DNA of 64,000 nucleotides from Squalus acanthias (taxonomy: Eukaryota): assembly GCA_030390025.1 (NCBI GenBank), contig CM059432.1, positions 32,490,001-32,554,000 of the forward strand, read 5' to 3'. Below, piece after piece: positions 1 to 10,568 of this stretch. The position numbers and the translations under genes were made by a program. Every line of letters begins with the position of its first letter. The first letter of the stretch is position 1. A model generated the notes under the pieces. That model did not search any database and was not told where the DNA came from. It saw only the letters and a list, made by a program, of their open reading frames with translations.

Positions 1-101
1 ACACTGGGCAAGACCTCCGAATATAGGTACTTCCAGAAACACAAAAAGGCTTATTTGTCTTAAAAAATCCCATGGTCCAATTTTAAATTTATACTGATCC
101 T

Positions 102-358
102 AGGGTTGCCAACTCTGATTGGACGTATTCCTGGAGGGTTCATCACGTGACCTCTCACCTCCAACCACCCAGTCCAGCCAAATCGCCTTCTTCCCCATCT
201 CCAATATTTTTATAATTAATAAACGAAAGTGTTCAAAGAAAATGAAAAAGCATATTTTTAATGCCCCTATGATTTCTTTTCCAGGATTGCTTACAGCAGT
301 ATCAGTTAATCTTTAATTCCTGGAGACTCCAGGACATTCGTGGAGGGTTAGCAGCCCT
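102..358. mobile_element. Non-autonomous DNA transposon (MITE) with AGGGTTGCCAAC-type TIRs, probably PIF/Harbinger
   Basis: agggttgccaac ... gttagcagccct imperfect TIRs; a second right end of the same family at about 6785-6843. Confidence 0.6.
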
Positions 359-1454
359 AACTGGCCCCCATTTGGTTGAAAAAGTTTCTACTTTAGGTAG
401 AATTCACTTACGAGTCAACACAGTGGGCAGCGGTCATGATCTAATTAGGAGTAACAATCGTGCCACCTGTGACAGAATGCACCAGGCTTTGACTGGAATC
501 TGTATTGCAGAGATATCTGAGGAAGAACATGGGCAGCATCAGATTGGGCTAAACACCGTGGTATGGAGTCAGCCGAGTCAGCTTCAATAAGAATTTTTTA
601 GGGACAGTTTTTATTATTTTTCTCCTCTTCTGCCTTCCAAAATAGGAATGGGAGAAAGCACAGGATGAGAAAAGACTCTGCTGTCCATCCCAAAACCTAA
701 TACCCCTCATTCATCCACTCCCTTAAATTTCTATCCAATTCTCCCTTAGATTTTTTCCACACTATTTTTCCCTGCACTCTTAGGCAGTCCATTTTACACA
801 TTTACCATGCCGTACATAGCATAATTAATTTAAAAGTTTCTGTGTGCCTTCTTTCATAGAATCATAGAAAGTTACAGCACGGAAGGAGGCCATTTCGGCC
901 CATTGTGTCCGCGCCGGCCAACAAAGAGCTATCCAGCCTAATCCCACCTCCCAGCTCTTGGTCCATAGCCCTGCAGGTTAGAGCATCCCAAGTGCACATC
1001 CAAGTACTTTTTAAATGTGGTTAGGGTTCCTGCCTCTACCACCCTTTCAGGCAGTGAGTTCCAGACCCCCACAACCCTCTGGGTGAAGAAATTTCCCCTC
1101 AAATCCCCTCTAAACCTTCCCCCAATTACTTTAAATCTGTGCCCCCTGGTTTTTGACCCCTCTACTAAGGGAAATAGGTCTTTTCTATCCACTTTATCTA
1201 TGCCCCTCATAATTTTATACAGCTCAATAAGGTCTCCCCTCAGCCTCCTCTGTTCCAAGGAAAACAGACCCAGCCTATCCAGTCTTTCCTCATAGCTAAG
1301 ATTCTCTACTCCCGGCAACATCCTTGTAAATCTGTACCCTCTCAAGTGCAATCACATCCTTCCTGCAATGTGGTGACCAGAACTGCACACAGTACTCTAG
1401 CTGAGGCCTAACTAGTGTTTTATACAGTTGAAGCATAACCCCCCTGCTCTTGTA

Positions 1455-2370
1455 CGATAGCAAAATACTGCAGATGCTGGAAATCCGAAATAACAACAGA
1501 AAACGCTGGAAAAACTCAGCAGGCGAGGCAGCATCCGTGGAGAGAGAAACAGAGTTAACGTTTCAGGTCGATGACCTTTCGTCAGAACTGGAAAGAGCCG
1601 GAAATCAAATAGATTTAAGGCCAGGATAAAGCTGGGAAAAGGGGGAGGGGATAAAGGAACAAAAGGGGAGATTAAGAGACATTAAGAGATATGCAAGGCA
1701 AGAGGTGGTGTTAATGTGACAGGTTAAGGCTGAAAGAAGTGTGAAATCCACTGGCAGAATGAAGGACAGCTGCCAGCTTCTAGGAGGAAAAAAAAGTGGG
1801 CGGGGGGGGCAAATAAAAGGGTGGATGAAAAAATAAAATATAAATGTGATTGGAGCTGAGGTTATGATCTAAAATTGTTGAACTCGATATTGAGTCCAGA
1901 GGGCTGTAAAGTGCCTAAACGAAAGATGAGGTGCTGTTCCTCGAGCTTACGCTGCGCTTCCGTGGAACAGTGTAACAGGCCGAGGACGGTGAGGTCAGAG
2001 TGGGAGTGAAGCGGTGAATTAAAGTGACAGGCGACCGGGAGCTCGGGGTCCCCCTTACGGACTGAACGGAGGTGTTCCGCAAAGCGGTCACCCAATCTGC
2101 GTTTGGTCTCCCCAATGTAGAGGAGACCACATCGTGAGCAGCGAATACAGTATACTAAATTGCAGGAAGTACAAGTAAATCATTGTTTCACCTGGAAGGG
2201 GTGTTTGGGGCCCTGGACAGTGGGAAGAGGGGAGGTATAAGGGCATGTGTTGCATCTCCTGCGCGTGCACGGGAAGGTGCCGGGCGAAGGGGAAGGGGTG
2301 CTGGGGGTGGTAGAGGAGTGGACTAGGGTGTCGCGGAGGGAGCGGTCCCTGCGGAATGCTGAAAGGGGAA
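1455..2370 (-). mobile_element. Penelope-like retroelement (Neptune-type): Zn-finger linker, GIY-YIG endonuclease and 3' pLTR
   Basis: Reading frame ...CTRRRCNTC...*FTCTSCNLVYCIRCSRCGLLYIGETKRRLGDRFAEH...VACHF...GLN with one internal TGA; 14-bp TSD CCCCTGCTCTTGTA at 1441-1454 and 2371-2384. Confidence 0.92.
1553..1589 (-). ncRNA. Minimal type I hammerhead ribozyme motif in the Penelope pLTR
   Basis: Minus strand AGUU-CUGACGA-A-AGGUC(AUC)GACCU-GAAA-CGUU-AACU; stems I and II and both core boxes present. Confidence 0.75.
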
Positions 2371-2812
2371 CCCCTGCTCTTGTATTCTGTGCCACGGCTA
2401 ATAAAGGCAAGCATTCCGTATGCCTTCTTAACCACCTTATCTACCTGGCCTGCTACCTTCAGGGATCTGTGGACATGCACTCCAAGGTCCCTTTGTTCCT
2501 CTACACTACTCAGTGTCCTACCATTTAATGTGTATTCACTTTCCTTGTTGGCCTTCCCCAAATGCATTACCTCACACTTCTCCGGATTGAATTCCATTTG
2601 CCACTGTTCTGCCCACCTGACCAATTTATTGATATCTTCCTGCAGTCTACAGCTTCCTTCTTCAGTATCAACCACACAGCCAATTTTAGTATCATCTGCA
2701 AACTTCTTAATCATACCCCCTATATTCAAGTCAAGATCGTTGATATATACATTTCAGCCATGTCACCTGTTCTAGAGTTTATGGCAATCTCTAACATATA
2801 TTGGGATTTAAT

Positions 2813-3914
2813 AGGGTCGATATTAACTCCCCCCCCCCCCCACCCCACGACAAGTGGGAGAGGGTCATGGGGGGGTTAAAAATTAAAAATCATGAAATAT
2901 GACCCCACATTTTTAAGGTGGCGGTTTGCATGATGTGCCAGTGTCCCATTTTGTAGAGGCGGGACACTTCATTATTATATTTAAATCAGGCTCCCACAGT
3001 GCAGTTAGGAGCCTGATTTAAATTTAACGTTGCCGGCTGTTTTTTCCAGGGCTTGGGAAACCTGGCAGCTAAAGGGAGACGGGAGCAGCCAGCTGCAAAA
3101 GGTAAGTGCTTTTTACGCACTCCTTGTGAGCCAGGAGGAACAGGAGTGATCCCCCGGACCCCCAAGCAGACTTTCTGACGATCGCAGCTTCTCCTCGCTG
3201 CCGCAATCGGCCGACCACCCACCCCCCCAACCCACGATCCTGAGCCTTCTGCCCTGTGATCTCCTGACCACCCCCCCCCCACCAACCTGTGATCTTTCCC
3301 TCCTGATTGCTCGCTTCCGACCCCCTGCCCCACCAAGCCCCGATTTATCCCGATTGCCGGGGACCGCTGGCTTTCCTACCCAGCAACCGGTAAAGCTTGT
3401 CAATCTGGCTGGCTGCGGCGCGGAAACTGGAATTTAAAAATTATAATGAGGTCATAGAAACATACATAGAAACATAGAATCTAGGAGCAGGAGTAGGCCA
3501 TTCGGCCCATCGAGCCTGCTCTGCCATTCAATACGATCATGGCTGATCATCCAAATCCAGTACCCTGTCCCTGCTTTAATCCCCACAGTACACATATCCC
3601 ACCCTATCCCCGTAACCCCACGTATTTAATTCCCCCTAACATATCCCATCCTATCCCCATAACCCCACATATTTAATCCCCCCCTAACACTAAGGGTCAA
3701 TTTATCATAGCCAAATCAACCTAACCCGCACATTTTTGGACTGATGGGAGGAAACCGGAGCACCCGGAGGAAACCCACGCAGACACGGGGAGAATGTGCA
3801 AACTCCACACTGTTGTTAAATCCAGCAGGACCTCCATGTCTCTGGGATTTTCGGGTTTCGCCCCGCAACCACGCTCCCCCACTCCCTCCCTGTCACCTCA
3901 TAAATATCGGGGCC
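2813..3914. mobile_element. Harbinger-like MITE containing a nested SINE
   Basis: Ends AGGGTCGATATT ... AATATCGGGGCC, flanked by AAT/AAT 3-bp duplication. Confidence 0.6.
3454..3810 (-). mobile_element. 5'-truncated V-SINE (HE1-like) with CR1-derived tail
   Basis: Reverse complement of the V-domain GTGTGGAGTTTGCACATTCTCCCCGTGTCTGCGTGGGTTTCCTCCGGGTGCTC; tail similar to 23231-23340. Confidence 0.85.
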
Positions 3915-4578
3915 AATGTATCTATTCCCTGAAGAATGTTGAATACATGTATAATATCTTCGCTGAGTCATCTCTTCACCAGAGTAAACATTCCCAGGCT
4001 TGTCAATCTTTTCTCACATACCTTATTATCAAGTCCTGGGATTTGTGTTCTATCCCTCTGGCTATACAACCCAAGATCTGGCTACATTTTCTTAATGTTG
4101 CTGCACACTGGGCTGTTGGTTTCAAATAGCTACCTACCAATATCTTCATATCCCTCTCCTGCGTTGTGTCCTGTAGTCTAAACCCATTTAGTTTATATTT
4201 CCAGTTTATTTCTCTTCCCTAGTCTCATAACCTGGCATTTGTCCAAATTAATATGAGTTGGCACTCATTAGTCCATCTTCCTACCCTTGCCAGATCTTTT
4301 TCTATTTAATTTGCCTCTTCCCTCTTGTTTGAGCTCCCGGAATTTGACATCATCAGTAAATTTACACAGCTTTATTTCTGTTTCTACTTTCAAATCATTT
4401 CTCCACACTCTAAATAGCAATGGCCCCAGCACTGATCCTGGTGGTACCCCACTAGTGACACCCTTACCATGTCAACACAGTTCCATTCACTACCACCCTT
4501 TGGTTGGTTTAGCAAATGCTCAATTCACCTCAGAAGTTTGACTCCTACTTTGTGCCTTCCTACCTTGTGGTGTAATGT

Positions 4579-4890
4579 GGGCAACACGGTGGCATAGTGG
4601 TTAGCACTGTTGCCTCACAGTGCCAGGGACCCGGGTTCGAATCTGGCCCCGGGTGACTGTCTGTGTGGAGTTTGCACATTCTCCCCGTGTCTGCGTGGGT
4701 TTCCTCCGGGTGCTCTGGTTTCCTCCCACAGTCCAAAGATGTGTGGGTTAGGTTGATTTGGCTATGATAAATTGACCCTTAGTGTTAGGGGGGATTAAAT
4801 ACGTGGGGTTACGGGGATAGGGTGGGATATGTGTCGGTGCAGGCTCGATGGGCCGAAATGGCCTCTATCTGCACTGTGTGGATTCTGTGA
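4579..4890 (+). mobile_element. Full-length tRNA-derived V-SINE (HE1-like)
   Basis: A box TGGCATAGTGG, B box GGTTCGAATCT, V-domain, CR1-like 3' end. Confidence 0.9.
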
Positions 4891-6224
4891 ATTGCCTGCG
4901 TGACATTATTAAAAATGAAATATTTCACATTTTTCTTTAAATAACTCTAGTGATTGTGTCAGGCAAAATGTCAGCATTAACCAATGCCGACTCCCTCTTA
5001 TCATACCATATCCATCTAGTTGTTTCATTTTCCCTTCTTTCAGGATTTATTCCAATACTTTACTCACAACAGATATTAGACTTATTGGCCTGTAGTTTCC
5101 TGGATCATCCCTATGGTTTGGTTTGGGGGTATTTAAGGGTTAGGGTTTTGGGTTAGGGTCCGTGTCCACATTAGGGTTAAAGTTAGGATTAGGATTAGCG
5201 TTAGTTTTTGGATTGTTCCTTACTATCCTAATTTGATTTTCTATTTTAGCACTCCTGACTAGTTTTTCGTTTGCTGATTTTTATATTTGTTTCGGTTGAC
5301 TGTGATAGCCATAGTTTTATACTTAGGAAGAATGCTCAGGTAATGCCGATGTCACATCCGCCAGTGCCGTCGAATTCCCAATGGCCCTGCTGGAGTTTGC
5401 AGGGCCATTGGGAAGTTACATCATTTGCATGGTGCTGACTGGTGCCTGTGCTACCATGGGCGCATCTCGCCTGCCTCATCACACTACAACTCTGGCATCT
5501 GGCTGCCATCCAGGTGGTGGGCCCATCCGCCACCTCCAAGACTCTATGCACTCCTCATTGGACCCTTGGAAAGGGACTGATCCAAAATTTTAAAAATATA
5601 TATATTCCCCATCCTCGGGATTCAGGCGCTTCCAGTCTAGGCTCCCCTCGCCCGTGGTCTGGACTCCCGTCACTCCCCTTCGTCCTTCTGGTGGCTGGTA
5701 TGCCTCATCTCGCTTGGTCTACTGGCCTCCAATGATATACTGGATTCCTTATGATCCAGAGAAGTGGGAGGTTGCAGTGGGAAGGCTCCTTCCCCACTAT
5801 GCTTCTTCTACATAAGTAGCCTGGTAAGTGGGAGCACGGTGACTCCACCCCTTACAAGTGGGAATTCGCCACACTAAGGTCACGACCTAGCGCATCTTGG
5901 TCTGGGGCTTTCTCCTAGGTAAGGGCATCAATGAAATGGAGTAAAGGCGGGCAAATGGAGTTGAGGTACAGATCATCCATAATCTAATAGAATGGTGGAC
6001 CTTGGGTTGCCAGCTCACGAGGTTTTTAACATATGAAATTGACTGACAGAAAATGATCAGCTGGTCCATCAAGCCAGCTCCACACCATGATGGCCGGAAG
6101 ATTCCTCCCCCTCCCGCAGCTATGTAATCTCCTGGGAGAGGCAATCTCCCGCTTCAAAAAAAAAAGAAAAAAAAGCACCATTGATTTAATGCTCCTATGA
6201 CGTTACTCCCACTGTGCTCACATA

Positions 6225-6774
6225 GGGGGAAAAATTCGGTATTGACCATTTTGGGGCGCTAACATCGCCTGGGCGCTAACTTTAGCGCCTGGTGCTAATT
6301 AACGCCGGCGACCACGAAATTCAGTTTTAGCACCCCAAGAGGGAGGTGGAGCGCTAATTAAAGCGCTTCACTTCCTTCTTAGAGCACTAACCCCGAATAT
6401 TGGGGCAGTGCGTTCTGCAGCGCTACGCACTGGGCCACGTAGCGCTGCCGCATGTAAGGGCTCTTAACGCCCCGTGAGCCTCCTGCCACTCCGTTCCAGC
6501 CCCCTGAATCGGTCGCTGTCATCACCCGGTGCAGATTCAGGGGACGCGGGCCAATTTTGTAGGCAGGGCGAAAACTGGGCGCTGCGCACGGTGATGACAT
6601 CGTCATCGCCTGCGCAGCGGAGTGGGGTGCTACCGGTTACTGCCACCACTAAACTCCCGCTGAATTTAGCAGGAGTCGTTAGCGGCGACGCGCCCGGGTG
6701 TAAAGTTGTTTGCGCCCCGTTAGCGCCCCCCGGAGGCGCTAACAGGAGGCGCTAAGGTACCCAATTTCTAGCCC
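6225..6774. mobile_element. CpG-rich Harbinger-like MITE
   Basis: GGGGGAAAAATT ... AATTTCTAGCCC imperfect TIRs; ATA/ATA 3-bp TSD; internal repeated GGGCGCTAA motifs. Confidence 0.7.
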
Positions 6775-6956
6775 ATAGTCTCAAGGAGATTAATCTTTAA
6801 TTCCTGGAGATTCCAGGAAAATACTGGAGAGTTGGCAATCCTACAGACTCCAGTAGGTTTAATGGCCTACTCCTAGAAAGGACTTGCATTTATATTGCGC
6901 CTTTCACAAACTCAGGTCAAAGTACTTTTGAAGTGTAGTCACTTTTGTAATGTACT

Positions 6957-7214
6957 TGATGCGGAGATGCCGGTGTTGGACTGGGGTGGACAAAAATGAG
7001 AAGTCGCACAACACCAGGTTATAGTCCAACAGTTTTGTTTGAAATCACGAGCTTTTGGAGCGCTGCTCAGAAACACATTGTTCTCTGTCTATATATGCTT
7101 TGCTGATTTGTATTTCCTCACTTTACCTGATGAAGGAGCAGCGCTCCGAAAGCTCGTGATTTCAAATAAAACTGTTGGACTATAACCTGGTGTTGTGCGA
7201 CTTCTCATTTTTGT
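6957..7214. mobile_element. Penelope-like inverted pLTR insertion (hairpin)
   Basis: 79-bp inverted arms 6990-7068 and 7136-7214 with 2 mismatches; flanking direct repeat TTTTGTAATGTACT at 6943-6956 and 7209-7222; contains a hammerhead core. Confidence 0.8.
7123..7159 (+). ncRNA. Minimal type I hammerhead ribozyme motif
   Basis: UUAC-CUGAUGA-A-GGAGC(AGC)GCUCC-GAAA-GCUC-GUGA. Confidence 0.75.
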
Positions 7215-7479
7215 AATGTACTATTCCTGTGTTCCTAATTCTACCATATATGATAATTATATTTAAGTTCGTTTATGATCATACAAACATAAGAAAAAGG
7301 AGCAGTAGACCATTTGGCCCTTTGAGCCTGCTGCGCCATTCAATAAGATCTTCTACCTCACCTTCCTGTGCTATTCCTGTAACCCTTGAGTCCCTTAGTA
7401 TCCAAAATTCTGTCTTGAATCTACTCATTATTATGATAAATTGCAATTTGAACATTCTGTTATGGTAGCAATCTCCTGC

Positions 7480-7990
7480 CCTCCCCCTCGTTTGTGTGAG
7501 GGAGGGGGAGGGCGGTGGTAGAACACTGGCAGAGGTTCCCACCAATCATTGGTCTGTATCAGATGGTACATTGCGGTTAACAGAGGGGCTGGACTACAAG
7601 TCCCAGAATGCTCGCCTGCCCGTCGTGACGTCACATCCGCCGCCGGCGACCTGGCTTCCTGTTGGTCGTGGTCGTAGTCTGCGCCCTCAACATGGAGGCC
7701 GTGCCGCGGATGCCGATGATCTGGCTCGACTTGAAGGAAGCCGGGGAGTTTCCCTTCGCCAATGCCGTCCGACCGGTAAATAATAACAACAACAGAAAAT
7801 AGGGCAAATAGCGAGAGCGTACTCGGTATTATCCACCCGAATAAAAGGATTTGGAGCACTAAACGCCAGGGATTCGGGCCAGGCCGGGCGGGAGGGAGGA
7901 GGCTTGTGTCACTCAGGCCCCAGAATGTTCCTGCTGAGTCCCAGCAACCTGACTGAGGTCGTCCCTGCGCCTCTCTGTCGCTCTCCTTCA
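7480..7990 (+). promoter_or_regulatory. CpG-island promoter of PTPN23
   Basis: CpG-dense region around exon 1; GC box about 7504-7515; CCAAT/ATTGG pair 7542-7552; GGACTACAAGTCCCAGAATGC (ZNF143/SBS-type) 7591-7611; CRE TGACGTCA 7626-7633. Confidence 0.85.
7692..7775 (+). CDS. PTPN23: PTPN23/HD-PTP coding exon 1 (MEAVPRMPMIWLDLKEAGEFPFANAVRP)
   Basis: ATG in Kozak context (caacATGG); translation matches the known PTPN23 N-terminus MEAVPRMPMIWLDLKEAG; GT donor at 7776. Confidence 0.97.
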
Positions 7991-8869
7991 GTACAAACGC
8001 TTGATTTAAAAAAAAACAATTATATATTATAGTTGTACGCTTTATGTATCATTAAAAAAAATTAGAATTTTCAAAAATTTGATTTATGTATTTTTTTATT
8101 GTATAATGTTTTATATGTATAATCTAATTTTAGATTTATATTTTCCAGTTGCCACATTTTTGAAATTGTACCTTTTCAATTATTTTAATTTTTGTTTTCC
8201 TCATTTGTTTTTAATAAGTCTGTCTTTTATATCATTTTTCTATTTGCCAAATCCCAATTTTTTTTAAAATTTGGAGTGAATTTGTTAGGAACTATTGAAT
8301 TGACCCTGATTTTGTTCTTGGGCCAATCATTTTATTTTGAGAAGTTAGGCTGTCAAATTGGGCAATGTTATAGAAAATACTGGATATACACTTCAGATTT
8401 GTCTGAAAAGACAGGTTAGAACTTAAGTTGTATCCCTTGGTCAGAACTGGTGTCTGACTTGTCTAGTAAAGAGTCTATTACCTAATGCATAAACCTGTCT
8501 TCTCTCTTTATGGATGTTAATGGACCTGCAGTGTATTTCCAGCATTTTCAGTTACCTTAGGAGATAAAACATGGGTACTTAAAAGACTTCCAAGTGACTG
8601 TCTAATTTATTATAAACTTAGTCCAGGATAGTTACTGAGTATTGTGATGTTTCCTGAGGCTTGTAAAGGATTTGGGGGAAGTTTCTGAGTCTCAGTAGTA
8701 TTAAAGGACACAATTTTCTACAAAAGCTGTTTGGCATACCTCCTTTTTTGTTTGCTAAATTTTGCAAATAATGTAAACTGATGTAATTCCAGTCAACACA
8801 GGGCTGTACCTATTAATTTTAAGTTTGTATATGTGCCAGCTCATTTATTATGCTCTGTTCTCTTTCCTC

Positions 8870-9325
8870 TAGGTTCACTAGATTGATCCCTGGGATGAGA
8901 GGGTTGGCCTTTTGAGGGTAGATTGGGCCTATACTCTCTGGAGTTTAGAAAAATGAGAGGTAGTCTCATTGAAACATATAAGATTCTGAGGAGGGTAAAT
9001 GCTGAGAGGTTGTTTCCCCTGGCTGGAGAGTCGAGAACTAGGGGGCATAGGTTCTGGATAGGGGGTTGACTATTTAAGACTGGGATGAGGAGGAATTTCT
9101 TCATTTAGAGGGTTGTGAATCTTTAGAATTCTCTACTCCAAAGGGCTGTGGATGCTGAGTCATTGAGTATATTCAAGGCTGAGATAGATAGATTTTTGGA
9201 TTGGAGGAATCAAGTGATATGGGGATCGGGTGGGAAAGTGGAGGTGAGGCCGAAGTTCATCCATGATCTTATTGAATGGCGGAGCAGGCTCGAGGGGCTG
9301 TATGGCCTACTCCTGCTAATTCTTC
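8870..9325 (+). mobile_element. CR1 LINE 3' fragment
   Basis: Similar to the 3' ends of the other CR1 copies (GGLYSLEF-like region and 3' UTR GGCCTACTCCTGCT). Confidence 0.85.
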
Positions 9326-10074
9326 TGTTTTCCCCCCACCCGCCCAAGTCTTGTCACTGGAACTTGAGCACATACGTTGCTGTACTTGCTGCTTTGTATA
9401 ATTTTGGTAATACAAAATGACACTGAATCGCTCCTGATTAATGCAGGCCAGGATGGGGTAAAGCAACAATTGCCCTTAGTGCATCTGGTACGGCCCTCAT
9501 CTCTGCTCCCTTAAGTCCACGGGACGGAGACTTGAACATTTATGGCAGACAACTAGTTTAGCCATTCATTGTCACATCTGGCTGGACCACATAAAGCGCT
9601 TCCCGGCCTTGCTCTCCTCTGCCAAAACTGCTCACTATTCCCGGATCATCCTGGAATGCAAAGATAACCCCCAGCTTCTATTCTCCACTACAAACTGTTG
9701 ACTTAAACCGCTCTTCAATGCCTCCTCCACCCTCCCCTCCACAAGTGTGAGGAGCTTATGAATTTCTTTGTCACTAAGATTGAGACCATCCATTCAGCTG
9801 CCTTTGCTGCTTCCCTACCTTACCCAAGCCCACTGGGCCAAACTTCCTCTAAGACTCCCTCCTGCCCTAGCCCTGAGCTCGCATCTTTCTCTAGTTTCTC
9901 TCCTATCTCCCCTCATGCCATCTCTGAGTTCATCTTGTCCATGAGACCCACCTCCTGCTCCCTCGATCCTATTCCCACCAAACTGCTGGCCACTTTTCTT
10001 TAACTTCCTGGACCACCCTTCCTGGCCCTCATGTTAGCTGATATTGTTACTGGTTCTCCCTCCTCAGGTACTGC

Positions 10075-10403
10075 ACCCGTCTTTTGGATGAGACGTTAAA
10101 CGTCTGCTCTCTCAGGTGGATGTAAAAGATCCCATGGCACTATTTTGAAGAAGAGCAGGGGAATTATCCCTGGTGTCCTGGCCAATATTTATCTCTCAAT
10201 CAACATAATGACCAAATAATCTGTTTTAGTTATCACATTGCTGTTTGTGGGAGGTTGCTGTATGATTGTTGTGTGCAAATTGGCTGCCGCGTTTCCAACA
10301 TTACAACAGTGACTTGCACTTCAAAAGTACTTCATTGGCTGTAAAGCGCTTTGGGATATCCGGTGGTCATGAAAGGCACTATATAAATGCAAGTCTTTTT
10401 TTA
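10075..10403 (+). mobile_element. Deu-domain SINE (SacSINE1/AmnSINE-like), 5'-truncated, inside the L2
   Basis: TAAAAGATCCCATGGCACTATTTTGAAGAAGAGCAGGGG...TGTCCTGGCCAATATTTATC central domain; L2-type tail. Confidence 0.8.
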
Positions 10404-10446
10404 TACCTGGCGTCATTGCCCCTCTCAAAAAAAATCACCCTTGACC

Positions 10447-10568
10447 CAGTGTTCCCTCTAATTTTTTTTGGGTGCCCATTAACAGTTTTGCGCATGTGTG
10501 AAATTTAACATTTGAAAAAGCCGGTCCCGGGCTGCGCAGGAAGGCTGCGCAGATCAGATGGAATGTTG
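10447..10568. mobile_element. Small hAT-like MITE inside the L2
   Basis: CAGTGTTCCCTCTAA ... degenerate right TIR; 8-bp TSD CCTTGACC/CCTTGACA. Confidence 0.65.

Larger units (their letters stand above)
855..2750 (-). mobile_element. 5'-truncated CR1 LINE (RT C-terminus and 3' UTR), interrupted by a Penelope-like insertion
   Basis: ORFs 2088..2729 (KFADDTK), 1296..1496 ([15 protein letters not shown]) and 938..1351; (TTCTATGA)-type tail at 855. Confidence 0.92.

Noticed and set aside
4579..4655. tRNA-like sequence with A and B boxes (also at 15889 and 47040)
   Set aside because: SINE heads continuing into SINE bodies; no proper cloverleaf
7431..7859. 142-aa minus-strand ORF and 95-aa plus-strand ORF over the promoter
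   Set aside because: By-products of GC richness overlapping PTPN23 exon 1; no recognisable domain
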